From contig NC_081356.1 of NCBI RefSeq assembly GCF_030684315.1, positions 61,550,835 to 61,614,834 on the forward strand: 64,000 bases of DNA, read 5' to 3'. Source of the DNA: Stegostoma tigrinum (Eukaryota). The translations under genes were made by a program, and so were the position numbers. This document shows positions 49,234 through 63,154 of the stretch, one piece after another. The notes under the pieces are model-generated. The model saw only the letters and a program-made list of their open reading frames with translations. It ran no database searches and was not told where the DNA came from. Positions within the stretch are counted from its first letter, which is position 1, and every line of letters starts with the position of its first letter.

Positions 49234-52200
49234 ACTTTCTAAACCCATGGCCGCTTCCATTTAGGGCAAGAGTCACAGATTATGGAAACACTGCCATCTA
49301 CATGTTCCCTTCTAATCCACCCACCATCCTGACTTGGAAATACATTGCTGTTCCCTCAGTGTTGCTGGGTTCAATTTCTGGATCTCCTTTACATACACCA
49401 TTGTTGTTCTACATTCAGCACATGGACGGCAATAGTTCAAAAGGAATCTCAGCACCAACTTCTTAAGGGCATCTAGAGATGAGCAATAAATGCTGGCACA
49501 GCCAGTGAATCCTACATCCCCTGAATGAATAAAAAACTACATAGCTTTGATCTTGGAGCGTTTGGGTTAGAAAGGAAGAATTAGAATGCATCTCTGATTC
49601 TGATCACTGTCCTATTGACACTTATTTGTTGATACCAGATGAGGATAGCACTGGTCTTCACTGTGACGGCTGTACTAGTCAATTAGCTTGATACTTTTAA
49701 ATTTCATGTTGCAATAATGCTCAAGGCATAAGCAGGACGATGTTATTCATAAGGTTATATCCCATAAACAGTCATTGCTTTAAGGATGGGATGGAAGTAA
49801 AAATTCAATTAAGCTGTTTAAAATGGCATTTGTTATTTATTATTGCAGATCTGTAAGAAGTATATTTTACAGTTTTGTATGTGAGCACAAAGGTGCAGAA
49901 CATGATTTCACCAAAGCTAACTTAGCTGAAAGACATATGGAACTTGTTATTGCCACTACACCCATTACATTTTTCTGCAAAGCTTATTCCATCCAAACCC
50001 AAAGTATATACCATTGACTGCTGGAAGAAGGATGTATATTTGTAGCAATTGTAGCAGGCCAGCAGCATCTAGAGGTATTTGATTCTGCAACAATCATTGC
50101 TGCCATCAAAACGTTTCTAAAGCATCTAAATCTTATATGAGCTGTGACTTCTCTCATCCAACAGAAAAGCATCTAGCATTTTATAAACTGTGCAAGCTAT
50201 ATTCTTTGAGAAAACATTGTGCAAACATATTCAATCTGTCTTGTATGTTAGCCTATATAACATACTTCACAGAGATGGGTTTTTATTGAGGTAGATGTCT
50301 TGATATTTATTAACAACGTTATCTATTAACACTACTATAAAGCCTCACACTTAGATATTTTGGGTTCTATGCTTGCTGAATTCATCACTACATTACAAGA
50401 TTGAGTAACTGACGATACAATATGCTGACTCCAGAATACTGAGAATGTTGATGGTGAGCTGCAGACCTATGTGCTGACCTATCGCATACCTTGATGTCCT
50501 GTAACAGTATAAAAGGTAATTGCATATTTGGGCATTTATGGAATAACACACTACATCACTTAATTCAATTTCCCAATATTCAGCTATTTCCAATTTGTGA
50601 AAATCCACAAAAATGCAGAAATTTCTGAAACCTAACCTACATAGCTTCTTGTCTTGCTAAGATATGCTAACTGTTCACACTGAATTATTGAGCAAAGATA
50701 AATTCTGGCACATCATAATATGTGCCAGACTCCAAAATATTTTTAAGATGATGGCAAAATCACACACAAAGCACCACTAGTTTTTCAAGTAGGGTGAGGG
50801 TGCACAAAGGCAAGCAGGTATATTTCCAGCCAAAGAAAAAATTTGTCTGAAATGTACTTTAGCGGAATGAGAAGTAATATTCGCCATAGAATAAATCACA
50901 GTTTTTCCTAGCAAGTCTTCATAAGAGAAATCATGGTGTGAGTGAGTAATTTTTGAAAACTATGACTAACAATTAGAACATTTCCAACTTCTTCAAATAT
51001 TTATCATGCATTTTACATTAATTTTGACTCTAATCCAAACAGCATTTGGATGTGATGGGTCTGATTTAGTTTAGATTCATTACAATGTCGTTAATTATTC
51101 AATTCCAATTAAAACAAAACAAATTCTGTGCATATCCCAGGGTTACGACTGTTTATAACAATGCAATGAAAAACAAAACATAGACATAAATAATGCAACT
51201 ATTAATTTGTTACATTTTAGATGATCTGTCAAATCTCAAAGCATTAAAAGGCATAAATTACTGGCTGCTTATCATAGGAGTGCACCTTGGCCACACCATG
51301 GTACTGATTCCTAAGTGTCAGGCATTTTGTTGCAAGCTGTAATGAGGTGCATTCTGTCATAACTTGCTAATACAAATGTAAGGCATATGCTCAAATATTC
51401 TGATGAGGATTATATAGCATATTTCCTGATACTGATTGTGTTAAAATTTAAGGACTTACTTTTAGATTTTCAACACTGGAGATTCGGGGGAAGGGGATTC
51501 CTTTTTATGGCCCTGCTCAGGAATTCTCAGAGCCAGCAGTGAAAAATGTCTTTGTCGAAACCCTGCACCTTTTGCAGCAGTCAATATGCCATGTTCTGCG
51601 GTTGAAATATCCAATAGCACCACCAGCCACTTTGAGAGTTCCTGCTAAAACATGAGTTTGGGAAGTAAGTGTGAGATGGGGTAGCAGCTAGTTCAGGGGT
51701 TAGGGTGTTAGGTAGGCAAAGGTTATGTTGGCGGTAGGGTATGGGGAAAATGTAAAATGGCAGGTTGGTGAGGCCAGTAGTGTGCCAGAGGAGTAAGGTG
51801 CTTGTTGGGTGTGGTGTGCCAAGAGGGTGAGATGGGTTGGATACCAGATGGTTAGGATGTCAGGGTGATAAGCAAGTGAATGAGTCTGTAGGATAGTTCA
51901 GGTTTCGCTGTGTGTCAGATTGGTCTGATGGATGGGAGTGGTACAGCTGAGTGGTGCACAGCCAGCAATATGGCGGAGGTGGGCGTGGGTACTGTCATGT
52001 CCTGTATCATTGTTACAGGATGGATGGAATTGGAGGGAATTAGTGTGGAATGGGTCTGTTTAAGGGTAGTTGTCAAGTGTATGGGGAGCATAAGGGGTCC
52101 GCGAAGGTTTAGCTGAGAATCAGCAGTGAGAGGGGACGTCAGTTTAGTGATTATCCAGGAGTTTCCCGGGATATTATTAAGCTTAATCGAGTCAGAACTC

Positions 52201-53137
52201 TCTGAAGTTTCCAACTTTAAAGAGCATTTTCCGAGAATTCCAGATACAGGGAAATTGCCGATCAGAAGTTTAATTTCCCTGGGCAATGCCTACAGCATCT
52301 ACTGTGTTTTTATTCCACATACACAACACCAGTCTGCCCTGCTCCAACAACTCTCTGTCCATTGGATTACCTAGGCCACAATACAAAAATTATCATCACC
52401 ATGGAGAAACAACAATTCACCTAGGATGGTTGTCTCCAATCAAGCGTTATTGTGTTGATCAACTGCTAATATTTCATTTTACTTTATTAAGTAGAACTCA
52501 GAATGTGTCAGCAAATATAACTGGCAACGATGTACTCTTGTCTTATTGGTCAAGATGAATTTCTAACCCAATATCTGGGAATACCAATGCTCTGCCTAAG
52601 TCGCATTTTTCCCATTATTAACTTGGCTCATGTTCTGAGTTTACTTTTAACTGTGCTTCACCAAATTTTTCAAATGTGGAGAAGTTATAAATTAAAGATG
52701 TAATGACACATTTTACTTCCATTTGCATAAATTTCTCCTTCAAAAAAATGTGCAATTAAAACAAACCAACATAATACTTTATGATTTCCAAAAGAAAACT
52801 AGAATTTTGCTGGAAATAAAATGGTTACACTGTCAAATAAAATTTCTTTTTCTGGCTGTGGTGCTGAAATTTGCATATAATATTAATATTTTCAACTTTT
52901 TATGTGGTTTGTGCCAAAATTTGCTATGAATTCAATATATAACTTTTGATCCCAAATGCTTGAATCCTTTGCCACAATGATAAAACTGTTTGGATCAACA
53001 TTATCATTTGCTGACATAATTTTAACAGATTAGTGGGAAAAAAAATCATTTGTGAAGTTGCGTTTTGATGTTCCTCTTGCCAACAAAGTCAGTTCCTTTC
53101 TAGTTTGTATATTTTGTGAATTAATTTCACCCTTATG

Positions 53138-53493
53138 TTAGAATCCCTTCAGTGCAGAAAGAGCTCATTTGACCCATTGAATCTGTACTAACTCTCCAAT
53201 CAGCAACCCTCCCAGACTCCACCTCCACAACCTATCCCCATAACCCCACATTTACCATGGTTAACCCACTTAGTCTGTACATCCCTGGACACTATGGGCA
53301 AATTAGCATGGACATTCAACCTAACCTGCACGTCTTTGGACTGTGGGTGGAAACTGGAGCACCCAAAGGAAAGGCACGCTGGCACAGGCAGAATATGCAA
53401 GCACCACATGGACAGTCACCCAAGGCCAGAATTGAACCCAGATTTCTGGCACTGAGAGGTAGCAATGCTAACCTAGGTGCTGCCATGCCTCCC
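53138..53493 (-). mobile_element. HE1-like V-SINE, near full length
   Basis: Reverse complement of head, V-domain (acctaacctgcacgtctttggactgtggg) and tail. Confidence 0.85.
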
Positions 53494-53619
53494 TACTATT
53501 GGATAATATGTCACGCATATCTCAAAGCCTATCACTCTGACAACAATGACAACCTGTATTTATATTGCACTGTTCATAAACTAAAATTTCCTAAATTGAA
53601 TAGACCCTTAAAATGTTAA

Positions 53620-53785
53620 TTCTGATCTCTCTCTCTGCACTTTCCCTGTGGCTGTAACACTGTATTCAGCACTCTGTTTTGTTGTCTTGATTTGTATGGT
53701 ACAATCTGCCTGTATAGCATGTAAAACAACACTTTTAACTGTATCTCGGTACATGTGATTTCAATCAATCAATCAACCAAACGAT
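53620..53785 (+). mobile_element. Rex1/Babar 3' UTR fragment
   Basis: ctgcctgtatagcatgtaaaacaacacttttaactgtatctcggtacatgtga...(aatc)n matches 8425-8500. Confidence 0.75.
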
Positions 53786-53914
53786 TAATCAGTCCAAGAA
53801 TTCTTATCTATTAAACTTTAAAACAAAGCCATGTATATGATAGGCAAACATTAACTTGGTGAGAGGGGTACGTTTTAATGGTGTTTTAAAGAAGAAGAAA
53901 GAAGAAGCAAGGGA

Positions 53915-54035
53915 GCATGGCAAGCTATGGAATCAGGAAAAATACTCTCTCCTGGTTGGAGTCATACTTAGCACATAGGAAGATGCTTGTGGATATTGGT
54001 AGTCAGCCATCTCAGATCCATGGCATCCCTGCTGC
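53915..54035 (+). mobile_element. Short RT fragment of the 30281-32870 LINE family
   Basis: GIRKNTLSWLESYLAHRKMLVDIGSQPSQ, compare 32600-32700. Confidence 0.7.
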
Positions 54036-57000
54036 TCTGGCATTGACACAAACAGTACCTGGTTTACTCTGCCTCTGTGTCACTCTTACTCCAGCCAGGG
54101 CCCAGGAAAATTGGGTAAGCTTCATGTCTGTTTCATTCCTTTCATACTGGTTGCTACCGCTGTAAGAAATGCCCCCAGTGGGTCCCAGGCCTTGTGAGCA
54201 TCTGAAGCTTTGTCCTCTGAACTGTACCTCAGCTCTGGCCATCTGTTCTACGGATCCACCCTCAGCTCCCTGATTGAAAGTCTCCACTCTGATGACAGAA
54301 AATGCCACAATGACTGGCCTTCTGCTTATCTGAGGCAAAGCACCAGCTGTGAATGGCAAGGGATCTGACTGCTTCTGATCCATACATGTGACCATTTAAT
54401 CCATATGGCAACATTAAGGTCCATTCAGAAGCATGCAGATGCAACATAAGTATTCCTTTAACAAGTTCAATTGTCTTCCTGCCACTATATGTATTATTGC
54501 TGGCCCACTGCTGCTCCTCCTCTGGCACAATGCGGCTAGAGGGTTCCTGGCCTTAGGCTCGTGATTCAGCTTCTCATCTACAGTATTAGCTCACCAACAC
54601 CCCCAAACCCCCATCAGGCTCTACTAAATGTCACTAAGTGACACATTTTTCAAACTTAGCAATGGATTGGAATAACTCTGTGACCTGGAAATGGTCTAAT
54701 TGAAACTTATTTGGGTGAATCATCCTTCAAAAGATTCTTAGCTTTTCAGGGTATTGATGAAATTCTTGTTCGCAGGAAGGTAATGTTACCATGGTTAAAG
54801 AAGTGGGAAGGATTCTAGGAAGCCTCTAGCCTAGCACCTCATGTGTCTCCTTCTTCTAAAAATGACCTAGATGTGCCGATAAAGAAGAGGTAGCACTTCT
54901 TTATCTTTGATTGCATACTATTTGTACCAATCTAAATTGAGACCACATTGTGCCCTTGGAAATATTGTTTTCATCACTTTCACACTATTGGTTAGGTAAC
55001 AACACTTCCTCAAACTGTGATGAAAAAGTCTAATGTTAAGACAGGAATGGCACACTTGGTACTTTACATCAATCTTGAACTCTTCTATAGTTCAAAGGTC
55101 GGACGAGCGATTAGAATATCATTGCAAACCCTTAATTTAGTGATTTCTGTGCAATCCTCGTTTACATTTTTAAAAGTGATGGCGACTAAAAATGTAAACA
55201 TTATCACACAGTGGGCAAAATAAGCTTCCTTCTGATGTCTGAGGGCCACAGTAGAATCAGACATGCCCTACTATGTTCATTTTGACCTTGCCTTGGTTGA
55301 CATATGGAACCATACTTCGTACAACCAATTAGGTAATCGAATCTAAAAAAAAACAGAGATTATTGAAGTTTAAAAAATCAAATTTAGGTAATAGGAACAA
55401 TCAAATGACAAAAGGTAAAGGCAAATCCTATCTTCGCTATTGGCTTTATTTAACTCTGCATCAGGTTTCAGAATTAAGTTAAACATAAAAGAGGAACAAT
55501 CATAAGTACAATAAATGCAGGCCTTTCTTATGAAAGTAAACATCCTAAGGATTATTAGAAACCAGCTGGGAAGTATGGTGAAAGATAACAGAATTATAAT
55601 CTTCAAAAAATCCACACAGCTGACAGTAAATTGCATTCACTAGAGATAAACTTCCAAAGCAATGCAAGTAATGGAACCCTGTGTCGATATTTACAGTAAA
55701 AGACTTGGCTACAGGGCATAATATCTTCAGCTGTTCAAAATCAACACTCCTGCAGATGACTATAAGAAGAGGGAATAAATAATAAACTTCTTAGTCACAG
55801 AGATAGCATTCAATGGTTGTCTTGCTTTCTACAGGAAAAGCATGCAGGATAGTATTAAAATACATAATAAAGCACACAAGGGTGTTGTTGGATTTAGGAA
55901 GGACTGTTAAAGTAATGATATACAGGGAGCATTATACTGGTTTTTATGTTAAATAGATTCTGCATCCAATTTTTCATTGGCACAAATGCGATGTGCCTTA
56001 TTTTAGAGGTTATTATTGAAAATCTTTCTTCTCTTGTATGGAATAAAATATACTGAATGAATGCAAGTGTGCTATGAGCTGAATCTCTCCAGTTAGCAGA
56101 GCTGTATTCTCATACTCTTGATTTTGGTTATCAACAATACCTAACGGTTCATTGAGTTTGAAGTTTGCCATCATCAGAAGTCACGTTTCTGTGTCACTTT
56201 TAGATAAATGCAGAGGTTGCAAACAATGACTGTAAAGTGGCAAAACACAGAAAATTAAATGGTCCTCAGGGACAACACCAAAGAAGATCAGTTTTTGGAT
56301 CATGGAGTGATGGCATTCTATTCTCTACATTGAGATTCTTGAAATAAGGTGTGTTCTGATTTACCAGACATTTCATCCCAATGAGAAAGGGTAAACCAAA
56401 GAGGCATCACCCTGGGAATCTTTGTATTTTCTAACAGCTACATAGTGATAGCCTTTATATAGAATTACTTTGAAATTACTTGGCTGCATGTAGAAACAGG
56501 CTGTTAAGACCAACCAGCCTATTTTGATATTTATCCATTGCAGTAGCCTTAATCTTTTCTGCCTGCCCTGTTTCCATTGTCATTTGTCTATCTTTCTTTA
56601 ACCAGCTTTATTTACTGCATATTTTACTGTCTTGTGAATCTGAACTCATAAATCGTAAATGATTGAACTTTTCCCAATTTGAAGATACAATGTTCACTTT
56701 AATACTTTCTTATAATAATAAATCACTTCATATCATTTTGTAATTTTTGTTCACAGTATTATTTTACTAATATCCATTGGTTGTCATAACAAATTAATTT
56801 ATCTCCTATTTTAGAGTCCTTGGACAACTTATCTGTCCAGTATAAGTGCAGAACATGGAGCCCTAAAGCAAATAAAATAGAGACCCAACAACTGCTTCCT
56901 CCAAAAATATCAAGAAGCATCATGCTTATTCAAACATAATGATTCTTGCAACAGTAACTTCTGTGGAGAAAAAAAATGCCCATTTGGAGAAAATATGATC

Positions 57001-57068
57001 ACATCTTTCTTCCATTTTGATACTTCACTCTTGAAAACTAATGCAAATATTATGTATTATCATACCAT

Positions 57069-57426
57069 GGGGAGGTGATGGCCTAGTGGCAGTAATGCTA
57101 GACTATTAATCCAGAGACCCTTATACTATTCTGTAGACCTGGATTTGAATCCTGCTATAGCAGATGGTAGAATTTAAATTCAATAAGTATCTAGAATTAG
57201 GAATCTAGTAGTGACCACGAAACCATTGTTGATTGTCAGGAAAATAAAAGACACCTCTGGTTCACTACTGACCTTTAGGGAAGGAAACTGTTATCTTTAC
57301 ATGGTCTGGCCTACGTATGATTCCAGACTAACAGCAATGTAGTTGACATCTAATGCAATTGGGGATGGGTAATAAATACTAGCCTAGTCAGTGACAACTA
57401 CATCCTGTGAATGAGTTTAAAAAAAA
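57069..57426 (+). mobile_element. Full-length tRNA-derived Deu-domain SINE (SacSINE1-like)
   Basis: A box tggcctagtgg, B-box-like gatttgaatcc, core tctggttcactactgacctttagggaaggaaa, tail gggtaataaatactagcctagtcagtgac...atcctgtgaatgag plus A run. Confidence 0.85.
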
Positions 57427-58544
57427 TGTTGCGTCCACTGGATAAGATCAGCTGGAGGATAAGTCGGGTAGAGAAATCACTTGCACCATTCTGCCTTACT
57501 GACCAAGGAGCACTTAAACCCCAACTCTGATAGAGTCACATTCATATCCACAATCTTTCATGAAAACTTGCATGACAAAATTCACATAACGAAAAGTTTT
57601 TCAGTTAGATAAATGGAGGAAGTTGATTGATACTTCCATTGGCTTAGTCTTGCATTTCATGCATTTAAGAGGACACACTGTGGAAGGCGAGATGTCAGTC
57701 ACACAAGATCTTCAAGCTGTTACACAATAAGTCAATGACGTTATTTCAATGCAGGTTTAATAGTAAGCTGCTTCAGTGTGCTGCATAAATCAACTGAACA
57801 AGTTTGACTTGCAGTTCTGTTTAAAATCTGTGCCTCTTAAATTTGATGTTTGTTTTTGCTTATCATGATCTTTGCGACCATGCTAAAACCAGAAAAAAAA
57901 GCACTCTGTGGAAAGGTGTAGTAGGGTTGTAATTTGAAGGAAAAATCTACATTTTTAATCATTTAATAATCGCATACACTTGCAATACATTGATTGCCCA
58001 AAATTCTAGGATCAAATCTGTCTCCCTCAGCTTAATAATGCAACTGAATGAAATAATTTGGAGGACTTTGCTTTGCCTGATTTAATAGCAACAGCACCCC
58101 TATTACAGTAAACATGATAAACTGTGCTCTGTACTTGCTGGCTATTTAATAAGGCTACTTCGAGCCTGTGGGCATAGATCTTAGTATTCTACAACTTTTC
58201 CAAAACCTTTATTTTACTAAACCCAAGTTGCCTGTGACCCCCTCTTAACAGTTCTCCCCATGACCAATTCAAATTTAATATAATCAGTCAAGCTCAGTCC
58301 TTTGTCAGCTCAGTCAGAATTCTTGTTTTTACTGTTTGTGTGATTTAACTATTATTCCTGGCTTAGTTTAATTCCATCTAAAGCAACTAAAAGGAAAAAT
58401 GAACTATTTATTCAGTTACGTGAGGGATAAAAGATTCCTCTAAGAAGTATTGGTTTAAAGATCAAAATAAAATTACTGGAAGAGGTAATGTATTTAACAT
58501 TATAATGCCAAAGGGTAAAAAAAAATTGTGAAAAGAAAACACAA

Positions 58545-60337
58545 TGGCTTGAATCTTATAATCTTTTGATTTAGTGAAAGTTGCATAGATAAATTTTTGG
58601 GTTTTTCGCCATGAGGCCTGGTGCGCTTTCTCGTTGCATGTTACTAAACCTGCCTTATTAGCAACCTACCTGGCCACTATGGCATTCCCTAAAGTCCAAT
58701 TCTAACCTCATCTTATCGTGCACTGTTCCGGGAACAACTCACCGCGGCTGGGTTATCCTGGGATTAACTGGCATTCTTTGGGCTTGCACCTTTGGTAAAA
58801 GACTGTTGTGCACCCGGACAAGCAATGTTGCTCCAAGTTTGCCCTGCATAGATCCTAATATTCACCCCAGACATGGCAGATGGGGAAATCGTTGACTCAC
58901 TTTGTGAGCCAAGACCTAGAAGCTCTGCTGGATGGTATAGTTCACAGGCAGGCTTTTCTGCTCCCCCATGGCCAACAGTAGATGTCATGACACCAGACCA
59001 TGCCAGCCTGGTCTGTGGTTGCCACTGAGTTTAGAACAGTCTCAGCCATCTGGAGGAATGCAAGGAGAAAGTGAACGCCCATCTTCACTCCACCAGCATA
59101 AGTGCCATCACCTTCTTTCTGAAACACACACTCCATTTCTACTCCTGTGCTCACCTGTCGCCAAGGCTCATGCTCTATCACGCTGACTGTTGCCTGCAAC
59201 TTCTTCTCTCACTTGCCCTCACCCACCCTAACCCATGACATCATTAATCCGTGCATGCCCCCCGTGCTGCCTACTCACTTGGCCAGGACCTGCACCACCT
59301 GCACCAAAAGTAACAGCTACCCTTCTCATCTCCATTAATAACCTCCTCTCTCCCTTGAAGAAAAGAGTCACAATAGGACAGAAAGAGTCGGGATGGGTCG
59401 TAAGCTCCATGTGATTCAGATCCTCACCCCTTATGTGGACAGCATGTTGACAGTAGCTTCTCCAAATGGCTGAGTGACCATGTCCAAGCCCCTAGACTGG
59501 TATTGGAGACTGCCCTTAACTTACTGTAAAATAAGGAAAGGCTTATCTCCCTTGACTTTACTGAAGCCTGCTGACACTGCCATTGTATCTGTGCTATATG
59601 GCATGGCAAGACAGAAATAACATGAGTCTGCTCATCTCTGGCTGAGGAATATAAAACGATAATAGACAATGTCAAGCACGGATGCTGTAAATATCCAGGT
59701 AGGCTCAGAGAGAGTGATTGTTGTGAGAACAAGAGCCCAGAGATACACCCTGGTCCAGTCCATGAGCTGGGTCATGTCCCTGAGTGCACAATTGTCTTTG
59801 CTGCAGCATTACAATGACAGTTTCCAGTACAGCTCGAGGTGTCATGCTGAAGTGCAGTAGTGACCCGTAAGTTGATCAGAAATGTACTAGGAAGGTTGTT
59901 AGAGGCTGGCATATGTCAGTTGCCAATGTCTGTGGGCATGTTGTACATGTGACTGGTGCCTGTGGGAAGTGCCCTGGTATGTTAATGACCAGTGTCCAAA
60001 ATGGACGTCCTTCAGAGAAAGTGGTAAGCTGAAATCGCCAGGTGCCCATTAGTTTCCAGGTCGTGTTTTATCACATGTTTCATGCATTTAGTAAGATGGG
60101 AAGCTAGATATTAATGAGATGAGTTAGTCTATTAACAAAGTGTTTAGCAAGCAATAATCCCCCTTCATTGGCAACATTCCACTGCCTAGCGAGAAGCTTG
60201 TCTTGACACCCAGCAGATGCATTTCAATTGGAACAAAATGCTCTCAATATCAAGATGGACCTTGCTAGACCTCTCATCCAACTCTGCTACAAAACCTGCT
60301 ATAGCCCACATCATTCAGGCCACATAATATTCTCCCA
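58545..60337 (+). mobile_element. Degenerate PIF/Harbinger-type DNA transposon with a Myb/SANT-like pseudo-exon (58873-59097)
   Basis: Translates HFVSQDLEALLDGIVHRQAFLLP...AWSVVATEFRTVSAIWRN / CKEKVNAHLHS; possible eroded terminal inverted repeats tggcttgaatcttat / ataatattctccca. Outer boundaries tentative. Confidence 0.6.
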
Positions 60338-61604
60338 AATTTGATTTCCATGAAAATTTACTCTAATCTGTAATTCTCTTTGTATTCAAGTCTATGTTCA
60401 ACAATCATTTATAAGATTTTCATGCCATTCTTAGAATTATATGTTACCTATCTTCTCCCCTGTATGTTGCCCGAGCTGCTAGGTTGCTGTCTGTCTGCCT
60501 CTCTATGCTTGCTCCTCTCCTGCACGCAAATCTCGCTTCCAGATTGATTATTTTGCACTTCAACTACCTTTTCTCCCATTGGGCCACAGTGGTAGAATCA
60601 GTTCACAAGGTATATTTAAGTGTAACAACTTCAGGATCCAATAGCATCAAGATAGCAAATACATATCCACATCACATAACATACAGACCTTAAGCTCTAG
60701 CACTCTAACACGCATGGAGCAGGATATGTGAGCTACTCAAATCCATATCCTCTCAGGATGTGTAGACCATTCACTGATGCATTGCAGCAGGTATTTGGTT
60801 GAACAAGGACTGATTGAAAAGGCACACAGTTCCTTAATGCAGCACTAGAGGTCCGGGGGAAAATCCAGAGGAGAAGGGATGCACATGTATCCTTACAGGG
60901 AAGGCAGGCAAATATTTGATCTACAAGGAATGTTATGACTCTAGTGAGGAGGGGGAATTGGCATTCACTTTTTTAACCTGCACTTGGTCAGTCGCCACAA
61001 ATATTTCTATTGCTTTTTGTAGCATGCAGTTATCGTGCTTCCATTAACCATAATAATATCAAAATGAAGGAGCCACATTACAAGTTTTGCTTGAGTGCTT
61101 CTTAATACCACCTGCAAAATTATTAGTCAAAATGACATGAGACACATGCACAAAAGAACACAAGTCAAAAATAAATTGTAATGAAATTATTACAGTCATT
61201 CAAAGGCAAAAATAATTGCAATTTAATTACATTCTTAGAATCCTTGAGTTGTGAGAATGACCTGACCCCAACTGCTTAACTGTTGTCTCATTTCTTCAGG
61301 TGTGGTGCCGTTTGTAGATGATTGTGAGTTTTCAATCAATAGCTGTTCTTTTCAAGTTTCAATTTCATCAGACACAAGCTTTTGAGGTTGATGAAAGAGA
61401 CAGACAGTGGGAGAGAGAGTATCTTCTAGTTCTTGCTTTACAAACCATCTTTCCACATTTCTTCTCTGCTGCACCAAAGTAGCTGTCTAAAATACGCTCT
61501 TTTGTGGCTTTGGGAGTCTGTTGTAATTATTGTTTTCAAGCTGAATCTGCAAGTTTTGTTGCAATTTCATTCCAGATAAGAATGAGTCAAAACAAGGAGA
61601 TGGA

Positions 61605-61760
61605 GAAAACTGAAAGAACTGCAGATGCTGTAAATCAGGGACAAAAACAGAAATTGCTGGAAAAGCTCAGCAGTTCTGGCAGCATCTGTGAAGAAAAAAT
61701 CGGAGTTAAACATGTCGGGTTCAGTGATCCTTCCTCGGAACTGATGGTAGTTAGGAAAAC
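61605..61760 (-). mobile_element. Solo Penelope terminal repeat (older family), tail present
   Basis: Reverse-complement homologue of 49096-49233; hammerhead core degenerate. Confidence 0.8.
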
Positions 61761-63154
61761 TAATGGTAGCAAGCAGATAAAGATGTTAATTTTGTCTCTT
61801 TTCTTTACTGATGGTTTCATGAGCTTGGCTCAATTTGATCAGGTTATCAGCTAATTTAGCACAGTATTTGTCATCTTCTTAAAAAGTCACATTCATCTAT
61901 GAAGATCCCAGATATTAGAAACAGATGATGGAAGTTTGATAGTCCATATTTACTACTGTCATAAGGGCCGTTGTGCTGCAGTGGTGGGGTCCCCACCCCT
62001 GGACCAAAAGGTTCCAGAGGTGTCCAGTAACATCTGTCTGAACAGGTTGATTAGAAAAATAGGCTACCACTGTCATAACAGTGACTCAAGGGTTGGGTGT
62101 TGGGAGTACAATGCATTGTGATTGTTCTGACAGACACCTAAAGCAATAATCATATTGTGCACAATCTTGTTGAATGATGGAACAGGCTGAGAAGATAAAT
62201 AACCTAAACTCTTATCTCTTGGGTTCTGGTATACTGCCACCTTGTCCTCTTTGCCTCCTGGAGCTCCAGCTGCTCCTTTGCCTGGCATCATGTCCACCAT
62301 ATCTTTTCTTTCCATAGATGCTGCCAAACCTGATGAGGGTTGCTCACATTTTATATCTTTATTTCATAATAACAGAATCCATGGTCCCTTACCCTTGCAA
62401 TATTTTGAAATGTATAATCGAAGGGGAGCAGCACAAAGGTATTAGATCAATTCAATTTATTCACCTTTTTGTATTCATTTTTAAAGCTTGCTTCCCATTA
62501 TAAGGGGCATTATTTTAACCATTAGTTGTACCATCATTATTACTCGCAGATGCCAATCTAAGGTAGGTTGGCAATAAATGACGATTGTGTGTACAATGAG
62601 CACTAATATCAGTTTAAATAACCTTGAGGGCTAGGACTGTAATTTCTCAGTCCTGTAGAGATGACATAAGTGTTAGGGTGGCTGAGACAATAGGGGAGAG
62701 CTGAGCTGGGACAATTCACTGCTGCAAGCCTGTCCTTTAGGGAGCTTTCCTACAGGCAGACTGGGCATAAGATAATTTCTTCTGTGGAAGTGGACACTGA
62801 ATTAGTCAAATTAATACATTGAAAGCCATCATAAGGCAGTGTCGCTATTTTCCCACCACTGGAGCAGCCCCTTCCAGTTACAGAGTTCACCTACTGGCAG
62901 GGAGCTAAGTGACTGTCAGAACCAATGGCAGGAAGACAGGGCTCAAAGACACAACGGCATCCTTTCTGACTGGCCCTAATAGCCTGCTGCCTCTTTATTT
63001 GGTTATTTTAATCTAAGCAATGAAGAATTAATCCTTGTAGAGGCACCTCCACAACAACCTGCCAGCATTGGCTATATTCTGTCCCCTGGTGTCAACCTGG
63101 CATTGTTGTGAGCCTTCTGTTAGGACAACCTGTGTTGTCAACCCAACTGCATCT

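Larger units (their letters stand above)
46254..49537 (+). mobile_element. Degenerate CR1-group LINE (30281-32870 family) retaining its 3' tail
   Basis: Starts at a TESYL-type endonuclease region; colinear with 30750-32860; KSMDPDNIP motif; ends gagcaataaatgctggcacagccagtgaatcctacatcccctgaatgaataaaaaa. Confidence 0.8.

Noticed and set aside
51480-52290. GT-rich block as a defined MITE or satellite
   Set aside because: Probably a non-autonomous DNA-transposon remnant, but I could not identify terminal repeats, a target duplication or a repeat unit.
61290-61330. Small host exon (tttcttcag|GTGTGG...ATT|gtgagt)
   Set aside because: Splice-like motifs only; no recognisable peptide or partner exons.
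62073-62327. 84-aa minus-strand ORF (PGKGAAGAPGGKE) as a collagen-like exon
   Set aside because: No sustained Gly-X-Y periodicity, and its start overlaps a Penelope terminal-repeat-like remnant.
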